From the NCBI GenBank assembly GCA_964016885.1, contig OZ024743.1, positions 251,472,001 through 251,536,000 on the forward strand: a stretch of 64,000 bases of DNA, read 5' to 3'. How positions within the stretch are numbered: the first letter of the stretch is position 1; each line of letters begins with the position of its first letter. The notes below the pieces were generated by a model. That model was not told the DNA's origin. It ran no database searches and saw only the letters and a list, made by a program, of their open reading frames with translations. Shown in pieces: positions 12,610 to 24,945 of the stretch. The position numbers and the translations under genes are program-made. The stretch is from Eledone cirrhosa (lineage: Eukaryota).

Positions 12610-13045
12610 ACAGTAATGACAAAGTAACCATTCTCTGGGATATGCCAATACATGCAGAGAGAGAGAGATCAACGCAAACCGATCAGATATTATAGTCAAT
12701 GACCACAAAGAAAAAATGCTTTCTAATAGATGTATCAATCCCCACAGATGACAATATATCTTCCAAGGAAATAGAGAAACTCTCTAAATATAAAGATCTA
12801 GAGATAGAAATAACTCGAATGTAGAAAATGAAAACAGAAAGAACACCTATAATAATAAATGCTCTAGGAATGATAAAAAAAAACCACACAGACAAATACA
12901 TAGTCAAAACCTCAGGACTTAAAAATATATACAACATACAAAAGATAGCACTACTTTGCACTGCACACATATTACGAAAAGTACTATCAATACAATAGAA
13001 ACATCAGCAAAAGCTACACCCAAGGCACACAGAGCTGTGCTCAGT
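12610..13045 (+). mobile_element. 3' fragment of an R4/Dong-like non-LTR retrotransposon (restriction-like endonuclease)
   Basis: Frameshifted translation ILWDMPIH..EINANRSDII..FLIDVSIP.DDNISSKEIEKLSKYKDLEIEI..NIQKIALLCTAHILRKVL (PD..D RLE domain). Confidence 0.8.
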
Positions 13046-13054
13046 AAAGCTGTA

Positions 13055-13256
13055 ATAATTGTTTCTACTATTGGCACAAGGCCACCAATTACCCAGTACA
13101 TTACTGGTACTTTATTTTATCAACCCCAAAAGGATGAAAGGCAAAGTTAACCTCGGCGGGATTTGAACTCAGAATGGCAAGGGCCGTAACTCTATGCGTC
13201 AAAGCATGGCGTCCGAACCTCTACCGATACTGCCAATCCACCGTATTGCCAATCCA
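13055..13256 (-). mobile_element. tRNA-derived SINE (main family)
   Basis: Same consensus as 9427; TSD CAGTAAAGCTGTAATAAT at about 13042 and 13257. Confidence 0.9.
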
Positions 13257-13311
13257 CAGTAAAGCTGTAATAATGCGCAATAAAAATAATAATGGAAATA
13301 TTAACAATAAT

Positions 13312-13705
13312 AATAATTGTTTCTACTTTTGGCACAAGGCCACCAATTACCCAGTACATTACTGGTACTTTATTTTATCGACCCCGTAAGGATGAAAGGC
13401 AAAGTTAACCTTGGCGGGATTTGAACTCAGATCGTAAAGGGACGTAATTACGCTGGAAAGCATGTGTGACCCTCTACCGATACTGCCAATTCACCATTCT
13501 AATACTAGCACAAGGCCATCAATTTGGGTGGAGGGGAAAGTTGATTATATCAACCTCAGTATTTGTTTGGTATTTTATTTTATCAACCCTGGAAGGATGA
13601 AAGGCAAAATTAATCATGGCAAGATTTGAACTTAGAATGTAAGGAGCTGGAAGAATATCACTACACATTATCTTGATGCTCTAATGATGCTGACAATCAA
13701 CTGCT
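13312..13705 (-). mobile_element. Two tandem SINEs (young copy 13312-13496, older relative 13497-13705)
   Basis: Repeated AAGGATGAAAGGCAAA..GATTTGAACT core and GCACAAGGCC 3' part. Confidence 0.85.
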
Positions 13706-13739
13706 TTTAATAATAAGTAATGATAAAATAATATTAATA

Positions 13740-13995
13740 ATGTTGTTTTCAGTGCCTTGGGAATTATTATAAAAAGAACTAACAGATATTTTGACTAGAT
13801 CCCAGGTAAACCAACAATCTACAAGGGTTAAATATTGTGCTGACACCGACTGCTCACCTTTTCAGGAGGTTTGTCTTCATCTAATGTATATGTGCCTCAG
13901 ATCTCTGGTTAAGACTTGGCCAGAAGATGAAATAAAATGGAAATCAAATAAAAAATAAAGATAATAATAATAATAGTAATGATTATAATAATAAT
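13740..13995 (+). mobile_element. Degenerate R4/Dong-like 3' end with (TAA)n tail
   Basis: SALGII..IPGKP..IVLTPTAHLFRR resembles the C-terminus of 12610-13045 and is followed by a TAA-rich tail. Confidence 0.5.
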
Positions 13996-14819
13996 TTATT
14001 GTGTTGTTCACAAGGGCCCAATATCTTAAGGAAGATTTATAACACAATTTGCAGTTTAAATTGAGCAAAAGGATTCAAAATTGACAACAAAAAAAAGAAG
14101 TGCTATAGCAGTAAATTCCAACAAAGACAAATTCCTCAATAGTAGGAAAATACCCCCAAAAGTAATCAAAGAACACCACGGATCCGTGATTACCTCAAAC
14201 ACCAAGGGCATCATAGACAAGGGCCTCTATTTACTGGTACATGCTTAGAGTAAGTCTAATCAATTGGGCCATTCTCACAACTTCAGTAACAGTACTGGTA
14301 GCAGATGCATCCCCTAACCAGTGGAATGTTTCCCTTCTGCAATAATTGAGAAAGAGAAAACACTGCAATCTGGTGGGATGAAAACTAGAGTGAGGCATGA
14401 TGGTCAGGTGGTAATAAAAGATGGTGGCAGTATACATGTTTGGTACCACTGCTTGGCCTTTCAGAGATGGTTTCCTCTTAGCCTGCAGAACAGTCATATA
14501 ACTGAGCTGATGGCAGAAACTGGCCCCAAACAGTTTCATACTAGTCAAAAGCCATAATTAGTTGTAGTCACAAATGCTCAAATAGAGAAGAGTGTAAGGA
14601 AGATATGGCCTGATATTGACCAACACAAACAGCAGCCATAACAACAACAAAGAAACAAAACAAGCAAACATACATAGCTGTATGGGGAAATTAATAAATA
14701 GCATTAATGAGCAGTTAATTTCCCCCACCATCACCGCTGCCAAAGTCACCCCTTGAGGGAAACAGACCATACTGGAAGGAAGAATTGAACTATTGAATTT
14801 ACTGTTAATAGTTTGACAT

Positions 14820-15250
14820 TCACCTAATGAACTTTCATTTCCAAAGTAATTAGAAACCAAAATGTGTGTTAGGAAGCACCAAAGGTATATGTGTCTTCAT
14901 AATAAAAAGTAATTTAACTAATTAATTGAAAATTATAAATCAGCATTTATTTATATATTTATTTTAAAGTGTAAATGAAGATTTGAAAAAATATAAGATT
15001 TTTCTGTTTTTATATTCTATTTATTTTTGTTCCTGTTTTATATCTGATTTTTATATTTTAAAAAAATGTTATCTTCCTCCTTGAAAAATAATTAAAATAA
15101 CTATGTAAAAACAAAATGAAAGAAATTTAATGTATATTTATTATTTAGTAATTTAAAAATAAAAATAGTACAGCAGAAAAGTTTTCCTCTTAGATTGAAA
15201 TGAGACTAAATAAATTAAAAGCAATTACAGAATGATAATAATGATGATGA
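14820..15250. repeat. Unclassified AT-rich dispersed repeat, copy 2
   Basis: Colinear with 7810-8260. Confidence 0.75.
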
Positions 15251-15261
15251 TTGTGGTGGTG

Positions 15262-15820
15262 AGGGTTTCTAATCTAGGCACAAGGCCTGCAATTTGTGGG
15301 GAGGGGAAGGTCAATTATATCGATCCAGTATTTGACTGGTACTTTATTTTATTGATCGAGGTAAAGTTGACCTCGTCTTGGCAGGATTTGATCCCAACAT
15401 AGAGCTATAACAAATGTCACAAACAATTCTGCCAATCCTCCACCTTCATAATGGCTTCTGATTTAGACACAAGGCGAGGAGGGAAAGTCAATTAAATTGA
15501 CCCTAGTGCCTGACTGGTACTTTAGTTTATTAACCCCCTATGGATGAAGGGCAAAGCTAACCTCGACAGGATTTGAACACAGAACGTAAAAGACCATAAC
15601 GAGCAGTGTGTCCAATGTTCTGCCGATATGCCAATTCACTGCCCTCACCCTCGATAATTGTTTCTACTTTTGGCACAAGGCCATCAATTTTAAGAGAAGA
15701 TGAAAAATTGATTAAATTGACTTCAGTGTACTACTGGTACTTATTTTATCGACAGCATAAATATAAAAGACAAAGCTAACCTTGGCAGAATCTGGACTCA
15801 GAACGTAAAGGTCTGTAACT
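15262..15820 (-). mobile_element. Array of three older head-to-tail SINE copies
   Basis: Three successive CACAAGGC...ACTGGTACTT...AAAG(T/C)T(A/G)ACCT units at about 15265, 15455 and 15655. Confidence 0.75.
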
Positions 15821-15859
15821 ATGTGCTGCAAAAGATAATATAGATAATAATAATAATAA

Positions 15860-18800
15860 TACTATTGATAATAATGGTTTCTTTATTGGCCACAAGGGCT
15901 AACATGAAGAAAAACATTACAGATGGCACAGAACGGTACAGGACGATACAAAGTGGGTTTTGGCCATGTAACAAGAAGATAGAAATATAAAAAAATTCAA
16001 ACAACAAAAAGTCCCCAATAGGGGGGAAACTTCCAAGGGCCTCTCATGGCGAAAACCACACATAAGACCACGGCCACCCTGACCACCAGGGCAAGTGCTC
16101 TCTCTCAGTTTTCCCACTCCTCAGTCTACAGGCGCATACTCAGAGCGGCCCTGTTCACTCGGACCAGGCTCGCCACTTTCACCCACCTTTCAACAAACTT
16201 ACTAGAAGATAGCACTTGTCTCTCCACCCTGTTTTTCCTCTTCAAGTGAAACATGAGAAAGTTAATCAGGGATTGGCCGGAGAGGAAAGTGTCCTTCTTC
16301 AACCCTTTCCACTTTGTCCACAACACAATCTCTTTCGCCATGGCCATCAGGAAGATGAAAACTGCCTGCTCTTCCTCCTCTTTAAAGGAGGATGGCGGGG
16401 CTATCTGCACAATGGACTCATAGCGCCACAAGTCAGCAATTCAGCAATCCTCGGGCACTGAACGAGTGTTTGCAGGACGGTTTCGTTGCCCTGCGTGTAT
16501 CTCGGACAGGCTCGGCTGACAGCACCTCCATGTCTGTAGAGCTTATTCTGAACTGGCAACGCTCCCTGGTAGCACTGCCTGCCAGGCTAGAGATTTCTGG
16601 AAGTTGGCCATAGGCCCCGGGCTGAAAGTTCTCTTGAAGAAAGCGAACAGCTGATCGTCTTCGATGCCCAGGGACACCCCGAGAACTCCGTTGCTCTTCA
16701 TCTCCACTAGCCCTCTATAGAACGCCGAAGTGGATGTTGCACCGATACTAGTGCCGAGCTGGTAGAGGGCGGTGAGCGCTTGGAGACATTCCAGCTTCCA
16801 AGCTCTAACCCTCAGTCTTTTCCTGATCCAGCACTGCAGCTCCGTCAAGGAGACTAGCTGGGAAAAGTGTGTCTGGCAAACGGCGACCACACCTGTTCAC
16901 CGTCAAGGAGGCACAAGAGATGTTGCAGCCTCAGCGCATGTTTGCACATCATCAACCACGGCATGCCCAGTCCTCCACGCAACAGGTGTCGACGGCAGAT
17001 GGATCGTCTAACGATGGGAGCATGTCCCTTCCACAAAAAGAAGAAGAGAAGGCGCTCCATTTTGGTCAGAGTTGGGCGGGAGCAAGGTACAACGGTCAGA
17101 TGACGGATGCTATGTATGCATTCACCACCTCCACCCAACCTTTCAGAGTCAGCCTCCTCAGTCCATTTCTGGGTCAGAGAGGCCACCCTGACCATCACCT
17201 CACTCCAGTTTTTCTCAATCTGGAGGTCCGGACCAAACCAGTCCCCGAGCAATTTAACCTGTCCTTCCGTCCAGTCCTCCACGATGCTGTCGGACAGCAT
17301 TGCCTCTTCTGGTGCTGAGTTGCAAGCCCACCGACTTTTCCTGGTTTATCTTTGCTCCTGTCACCACTTCATATTCCTTGAGAGCGGTGCCGAGCATCTG
17401 AACCTGTTTGGTGGTCGACACCACCACAGTGACAGCGTTGGCGTAAGCTGACACGGATATCTCGCATCCCAGTTCGCGTGGGACCCCCCTCATTGTCCCC
17501 AATTTGTGCAGTAATGGCTCGAGGGGCAAGAGGGATGAGAGGGGACAACCCTGGCGGACCGAGCGCATGATGCTGAAAGGCGGCGACAGGTGACCATTTA
17601 CCCTCACAATCAAGTAGATGTTGCTGTGCATCACAGTCATCTAGTCCCTAAAAATGGGCCCAAAGCCGGCCACCTCAAGAACCGCAGCCAGGTACCGATG
17701 CTTTAGATTCATCCAAGTTGATCAGGGCCCCAAAGGTGCCAGGTTCCTTAACCACCCTCTCTATGATGTATCGCATGAGATGGAGGTTGTCGTGGATGGA
17801 TCTGTCTGGAATGGCGCATGTTTACACCTCTCCCACCAGATCACCAACGACAAGCGCTAATCTCTTTGCTAACACCATGGCCAAAATCTTAAACTCTGCG
17901 TTTAGAAGAGTTATGGGCCCGAAGTTGTCTATAAAGACCCCCTTGTTCGGGTCTTTTCTCAGCAGCACCACCACTCCCCAGCTCACAAAACTGGGAATGC
18001 TCCTGTTCTGCTGCCAGTTGAAGTAGACAAAGTCCATACTCTGATCCGGCCTGCCGCCACTCCCAAACAATTGAGCAAAGTGTTGTTGAAAAGCCGCTCA
18101 CATCTGCTCGGGTTCTAGCAACATGCGCCCGTTTTGATCAGGCAAAGACCAAATTGCAGACTTGTTGCCACATCGTGCTTCCACCACCCAAGCCCATTGA
18201 ACGGCTTTCGTCCCCTCGTGTCTTAGAGCACACACTTTAGCTCTGAAAACGCAGCCTTCATGCTTTGCGTTGAAGAACTGGTCGAGTGCCAATCTCGCCA
18301 CAAGCACGTCAGTTATGATGCCTGTCCTAAACACCTCTTCTAGCTTTCTAACTAGCTCTCCCTCTACTCTATTTTCCTGTATCACTACTCCTTTGCTAAA
18401 CCTTATTGATTCTACTCTAATAGCCCTTTTCAGAGTAAACCCCCACCTATTGTTGACGATCACACCCGTCAATACACGCTTAACTAATTCGCTAATCCGG
18501 TCTCTGTAAGCTTCACGCGCCGGGAATGACGTGTTCAGCTTCCAGTAACCGAGCCCTTGCCTATGGAGTCTATCTAAGTCAACTTCACAGATCACAAATT
18601 TGTGGTCCGTGTAGTCGACTACTTTAAATTGTCGACACTAGCCTTATCTGTTTCCCTACTGAATACCTTATCTAAATACGATCTGGATGACCCAAGGCGG
18701 TTTGCCCATGTCCACATTGGCACATTCGGATAATCCAGTCTATACCTGTCAGACAGTTCAAAACGTCTGAGCAGGTTGTTGAGGCTTTTACACACTCTTG

Positions 18801-19380
18801 CCCTGTCTACTAGCCCCACATAATCCCAGCATGCATCTAAGATACCGTTCCAGTTGCCCACTAACACTAAAGAGCGGGACGTTCCAAGAAAGGTCTCTAG
18901 ACGTCTGAAGAAATCCGGCTGTCCTGCCCCTGTTGGGGCATAGACGACTGCTAGCATTGCCTTCGCTGCCAGTCACGTCAAGCACCACTGACTTACCTTC
19001 TGGGTCCAGGAAGATGGCCCGTTTGGTGAGATCTAAGCCTCTCCAAAAAAGCACAGCAACTCCTCCTCCCAATCCTGGACAGCTGGTAGATGCATATACA
19101 TCGTAGTCGCTGAAGATCGGTGCGAAGGCTCGTGCTTCGGAGATTCTGGTCTTGCTGATGGCCACCACATCTATGTTTAGTGACCTGATGTTGTTGAGCA
19201 GGTGACCCTACTTCCAAGATGATCCCAGGCCACGTACATTTACACTGCCTATTCTGAGTACGGCCATGCTGGGTGAGGAACGGGTAAGTGAGAAAGGATC
19301 ACTTACCTTGATCGTGTGGGGAAGGGACAGCAGAACCGTCCCTTCAGCTGATCATGGGTGTCTCCAAGATGATATCTGTA
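15860..19380 (-). mobile_element. Decayed Tx1/L1-clade LINE, near-complete ORF2 (APE, RT, C-terminal zinc knuckle)
   Basis: MAVLRIGSVNVRGL from 19267, VYAP, LVGNWN, SYLDKV, YWKLNTS, PITLLNAEFKILA, SVRQGCPLS, degenerate YADD (YANA), KINQEKS, GGLGMP. AATAAA and a (TAT)n tail lie at about 15840-15890. Many frameshifts. Confidence 0.9.
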
Positions 19381-19785
19381 TAGATTCTCTTGGAGAGTGA
19401 CCCTCTGAAATCCCCAACTGTGTTGGGGAATTTTTTCTTAAATTGTTTATAATCTTCCAGTTTAATTTCGACAATTGTAATGTTTCGGGGTAATGTTCTT
19501 GGTGTTGGTGGGGTGTGGTAATTTAAGTCTGAAATATCGGTGTGCTGTTTTATGTTCCATTAATCCTTTGTGTGCAATGTTTATGGTTGTGTACTTTTTT
19601 TTTTGGGGGGGGGGGGTCTGTTTTCTTGTTGCTGTTGGATGTGTGTGCTTTGTTGTTGCTGTTTGTGGGATGCTGGTAGTGAACTACAGTAACTGTAAAT
19701 CATCCACCTGAACTAAATTAGACCTTATACCTCTACACTTTAGATATATTCAACGCCAGGTTATAGGTGTGTGTACAAATCATAC

Positions 19786-19915
19786 ATTTCTTTCTGTAAA
19801 TAAGGTATGTTTATGGCACCTGCTAAAAAGGTATTTCTCTGAAAGCAACTCCAACTCTCTGACTTTCTCCTGCCCCTGCTCATAGCTAATGAACTGCTGA
19901 GAGATTGCATAAAAC
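19786..19915 (-). other. Weak candidate host-gene exon
   Basis: Unique sequence with a T-rich tract and TTTGTAG acceptor at 19916, a GTATGA donor at 19785 and two open frames; no recognisable protein. Confidence 0.2.
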
Positions 19916-20495
19916 CTACAAAAGCATGCACACAAAAAAAAAAAGGAATAAATTGGAAGTTATTCATATATTAAGTCAGGAGTAGCAATGGGGAGAGAAA
20001 TAAACTATAAAGTAACTAACAAACACCAAACAAACTTTAAATGATTTACAGAATCTTGCGGCCATATTAGAATTACTAATTATTATGAAAATCTCACTCT
20101 AATGTGTTCCAATCCGATATCTATCCATGTGGATTTTTTTCTTCACTTTCATTTTCCATTACATCCGAAAATTAAAATCCTGTTTTGTTTGGGCTTTTTT
20201 TAAACTTTCGCTTAAAAAAAACACGTAGTTAACTTTTTTCAACTATATGTATTTTCATAAAATTTTTAAGCATTATTTTAAAAAGTTTTTTTCTCACTAA
20301 ATTCTTAAACAAGATAGCATCAATTAATATCATAAATGCGCTTCATCACTCTGGGTGCCAGATTCTCCTTCCACTTTTAACAATAACCGCTCATTCAGTG
20401 ATTTGTTGTTGAACCAAATTCTTATTTGTGAAAAATGAACATATAAATCGTTGAGTATTTCACAGTCACTTGTTACTTTTAATCGAGTTACAAAA

Positions 20496-20683
20496 TAATA
20501 ATTGTTTCTACTTTTGGCACAAGGTCAGCAATTATCACAGTGTATTTTATCTTATTGACCCCATAAGGATGAAAGGCAAAGTTAACCTCGGCGGGATTTG
20601 AACTCAGACCATAAAGGGCCGTAACTCTTTGCTGCAAAGCATGGCGTCCGATCTTCTACTGATACTGCCAATCCACTGCCCTT
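20496..20683 (-). mobile_element. tRNA-derived SINE (main family)
   Basis: Consensus match; TSD AGTTACAAAATAATAAT at 20486-20502 and 20684-20700. Confidence 0.9.
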
Positions 20684-21794
20684 AGTTACAAAATAATAAT
20701 ATACGATAGAGAGGACTCTTCAGTCTAGCTAAACACACGATAACTTCTCTAATGTTAGGGCCATGTTAAAATGCACACAGTACCCTTTGTAAAGCAGTTG
20801 GCATTATCAAAGGCATCCATCTGTAGAAACCATGGTAAAATATGAAACGAGTATGCGAGACATTGTTAGCTGACAGTTGTTTTGTCTCAGACCATGAAAA
20901 CTCATCCAACCATGGAAAACAAACACAAAATGGTGATGATGATAATGATGAAGTTTTGTTTTAGTGGTATTGTTTTAAAATTATATTTTCCACATTGTTT
21001 TTATAATTCATCCTTTAAAAATATTTGAATATCCATTAATTACTATCGATTTTTGATTTTTTTTTCTTTATGTAGTATTAACGTTTTTATGGTGTGGGGA
21101 GAGAATATAAAGGTCCCTTCTAAAAGAGAGTATTTGATACAACTGATGTTGTTCTACATCTATATGGAGGAGTCCATTATGCAGAAGCTCATTAAAGACA
21201 ACAACACAGACATTACATGCTATCATCAACTGGAATTAATAATATATTACTAGAATATGAAAACTTAAATATGCCCCTCCTCAACAACAAACCATCATCA
21301 CATGCTATAATTATGCTATTGAATAAACTACATTTGATCAATGTAATTTGCCAATTTACATGTAAAGACCATCATCATCATCATACTAATTATCATCATT
21401 ACATGTTTGCTTTTACAGGTTTTTTTCTCATGTTGGAATGGGTTGGATGAGACGTTTTTGTGGCTGTTTTTTCTAAGGCCAGATACACTCATTACAACAG
21501 CTCTTATTTTTAAGTGTAGAACCTATTCCACTGAACTTCACACATATAAGGTGCAGAGTATATTGTTTTTGTCATACATAAAGAAATGACACCTGTTGTT
21601 TAAACAGTGTCAATCACTTTACTGACTGTCCTGGGTAGTTTTAATATGGCACCAACACTAGAGAGGATTTCCTGTCTCTGTGTGGAAAAACAAACCTCTC
21701 TACTTTACATCTGCCTTCTATTTAAGCAAAAGTTGCCCAGTGGTGTAATTTGCAGAGGAATGATGGTGAAGAGTTTAAATGAGGATAGAGAGCG

Positions 21795-22225
21795 ACTTCT
21801 AGCAACTGACTTGCTAAACATCCACAAAATTATTAACCATCTTGCCAACAACAACACTGAGCCCCTTTCTGAATTCCATGTGTCTAACACCTGTGGGCAT
21901 GCCTACAAAGACAGAAAACAGCACCAGCTCCCATGACTTTCAGAAACATTTTCTCATGCTCAGAGTTGCTGAAGCATGGAACAAACTACCTGCATCAGTT
22001 GTTATCTGCCGGGATGCTGCATCCTTTAAAACCTCCATGCTTCCTGGAATTCACTAACACTACACCTGATATATCCGCTCCATACACACGCACACATGTA
22101 TATCATGACTCCTACACTGTTCACTTTCTGGCATTTGTACATTATTCTATGTACTATGCATGCACCTTTGATGAATTGTAGTGCACCTGAGCACTGTACA
22201 CAATAATTTCATTATTATTATTATT
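21795..22225 (+). mobile_element. CR1-clade LINE 3' fragment
   Basis: TCGHAYK..HDFQKHFLMLRVAEAWNKLP; the 3' UTR is shared with the 33308 and 57150 copies; (ATT)n tail. Confidence 0.85.
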
Positions 22226-22519
22226 GAGTATGAAAGGATCAAACAGAGAAAGTAATATGATAGCAGAAGAGGTAGAGGAACAATGGCAGCTATATGTTGG
22301 TTGTTGGCAAGAGGAATGTGGAATTTATGGGGTGGGGAAAGAATATAAAGGTCCCTTCTAAAAAGAGGGTATTTGATATAACTGATGTTGTTCTGCATTT
22401 ATGTGGAGGAGACCACTATGCAGAAGATTATTAAAGACAGCAACAACACAGACATTACATGCTATCATCAACAATGGCAGCTATATGTTGGTTGTTGGCA
22501 AGAGGAATGTGGAGCAATA

Positions 22520-23000
22520 AGGGTACGTCTTAGTAGAAGAGTGTTGGTATGAGACACCAACCAAGCAGTTTGGTAGTGAGAGGGGATCGATGATAGCTAA
22601 GATCTGAAGAAAACATTCAGCTATGAACTAAGCTGACATTAGGCAGTTGAACGTTCAAAGGGCAGCCAATCTCCATCGCCAAATTCAGTCACCCAATATT
22701 AACAATGTGGGTCCCACCCTTGTATCCAGCTTGCCTCCAACTCCGACTTGTCTTTCACATACTAAACTTGTATCACATTTACTTGCTCATCAGGGGGTGT
22801 GATCAACGTATTCGAGGAAGAGAGGCAACATCATCATTAAATCAGTGGACAGGCAGCCAAAAGAGTCATAGTAGAGTAAGAGAGAGAGGGAGAGAGAGGA
22901 AAAGGTGATAGGATGGTAGGGGACATTGAAGATCAATGGCAGTAACATGATGGTTGTTGGTAGGTTAGAGGTTGAGAAGTAGTGGTTTATATATTACAGA
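22520..23000 (-). mobile_element. Highly degenerate Penelope-like coding remnant (tentative)
   Basis: Only faint resemblance to PLE RT-thumb/GIY-YIG codons; no clean frame. Confidence 0.25.
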
Positions 23001-23372
23001 TTCAGACTAAGCTCCTAAATTTTTGGCTGTAAATATGGTGGCTGATAACATTTCCATTCACAAAAAAGCATTTTAGAGAGAAATATAAAAAAAAGAGAAC
23101 TTTTATAGAATTTGATATCTGCTGGATTATGTTCTCATTTTACACAAACTCCCTTAGTTATTTTATATAGTTTTTTCAAGATGATACATGAGGTCTCTCT
23201 CTCTCTCTCCCCTTACCCCTTCTCTCACATATATATGTGTGTATGTGTACATATATGTGTGTACATGTATATATATGTATAAATATATATGTATGTAAAT
23301 ATGTGTGTATTTTTATATGTATTATACATAAATATATGTATATAAATAAATATATATATATATATATATATA

Positions 23373-24285
23373 GATTTTGAGTTTATGTTGGTTGTATACC
23401 AACACCTCAGTATGCGGGCTGGAGCACTCGACGAAGTGCGCAGGTTGGTTTGGTTACTCCGGAGTAGTGTAAAATAAAGTTAAATAAAAGTCAAATGATT
23501 AAAATTTAGCTTCGTTTATTACTGCTATATATATTTCAGTGACAGCCATCTTTGGCTGTGACCTCTTCAGGCAGTTCGAATTAGTATGGTATAGACAAGT
23601 ACATATGTTGTTTAGGTGTATGATATTGTCAATACTCTGATATGCCCAGTTCCTTGTTGGGTTGTTAATTCACTGGGGAACTGGAGTCATATGAATTCAA
23701 ACAAACGAATTTTCGTGTTACAGGTCCCCCTCTCCTCTCATTGGTCAGTTATTAGAACATTCTTCATTCTAAGTGTTGTTATTGTTGGAGTTAGCTTAAA
23801 AATTGATAAAATGGTAGAAGGGACAAGGTGTTGAAGGAACAAAATATCAAAAAATGTGTCAAACTTCCCATTGTTCAGTTCTGAGAGCATTCCTCAGTCA
23901 GAAGTCTATAGAATTCTTTCTGGGGTGAGGCTCCCTGTAGTGTTTTTGCCTGCTATTGTTCAGTACATTTGACCTCCACCATTATTTTGGTACTGTTGTT
24001 GTTGTAGTGGTCAGCTTATATCTTGCTGCTGCTAACAATTTAGAAGTATCCAGTTTGTTTGTGTTTTCTCTTCCTCCCACCCGCCACCATCGTAGTGGTG
24101 GTGGTGGTGGGGGGGGGGGGGGGTTATTTCATGTATATGAAGAAATATAAGGCAATAAATGAAGAAAACAGAAAATAAATAAATAATATAATAAAATAAA
24201 ATAATTAATATAATTTGTGTAATTTGAAAATAAATAAATAAATAGAGAATAAAGAATAAAGAGTAAATGAGATTTTATTTAACTT

Positions 24286-24295
<10 letters not shown>
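23373..24295 (-). mobile_element. Penelope-like element remnant between two (TA)n tracts
   Basis: Contains a hammerhead motif and a degenerate RT-like NGK..FLDI segment near 23840-23880. An inverted copy of 23470-23493 lies at 24270-24291. Confidence 0.6.
23521..23575 (-). ncRNA. Type I hammerhead ribozyme motif
   Basis: ACUGC-CUGAAGA-GGUCACAGCC/AAAGAU/GGCUGUCACU-GAAA-UAUAUA-UA-GCAGU: 5-bp stem I, stem II ACAGCC/GGCUGU, palindromic stem III. Confidence 0.85.
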
Positions 24296-24359
<64 letters not shown>

Positions 24360-24589
24360 TCACAAGGACATACATATGTCTCTATATTTTCCTTCTTTGT
24401 GTATTGAGATGTAAATTGTATAATTTACAGTTTAACGAGGTTTTCTCAAGGACTTAATTCTACATTAGGGTGAAGTAAATCCTTATTTCAAGCAATTCTA
24501 TTCCTTTCTAAAGAATCCTTTGAGAATAATTAATTAGAATTTAAAAGAAACAGCTGTTTATATATTGAGACTGTTTTGAATAGAAGAAA

Positions 24590-24680
24590 ATAATTGTTTC
24601 TACTTTGGGCACAAGGCCAGCAATCACCCAGTGCATTACTGGTACTTTTTTTTATCTACCCCGTAAGGATGAAAGGCAAA
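24590..24680 (-). mobile_element. 5'-truncated SINE (main family)
   Basis: Only the 3' half of the consensus is present. Confidence 0.8.
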
Positions 24681-24769
24681 GAAAATAATGACACTGACAT
24701 AGTTATATACCTTTCAGTTTCTGAAGCAGAATTTAATTTGTTCTGTTTAAAGGATGTTGACATGTGAAA

Positions 24770-24945
24770 CATCATTATCACCCTCACCACCACTGTCATC
24801 ATCATCATCTTCATTTCCACCCCCACCACCATCATCATCCCCATAACCACCATCAATGCCATCATCATCATTGTCCTCACCAGCCCCACCATGACCACCA
24901 CCATCATCACCATCACCATCACCAGCATCACCACCATCACTCAAC
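24770..24945. repeat. (CAT/CAC)n imperfect trinucleotide repeat
   Basis: Directly visible; gives spurious poly-His, Met/Val and Asp/Gly ORFs. Confidence 0.85.
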
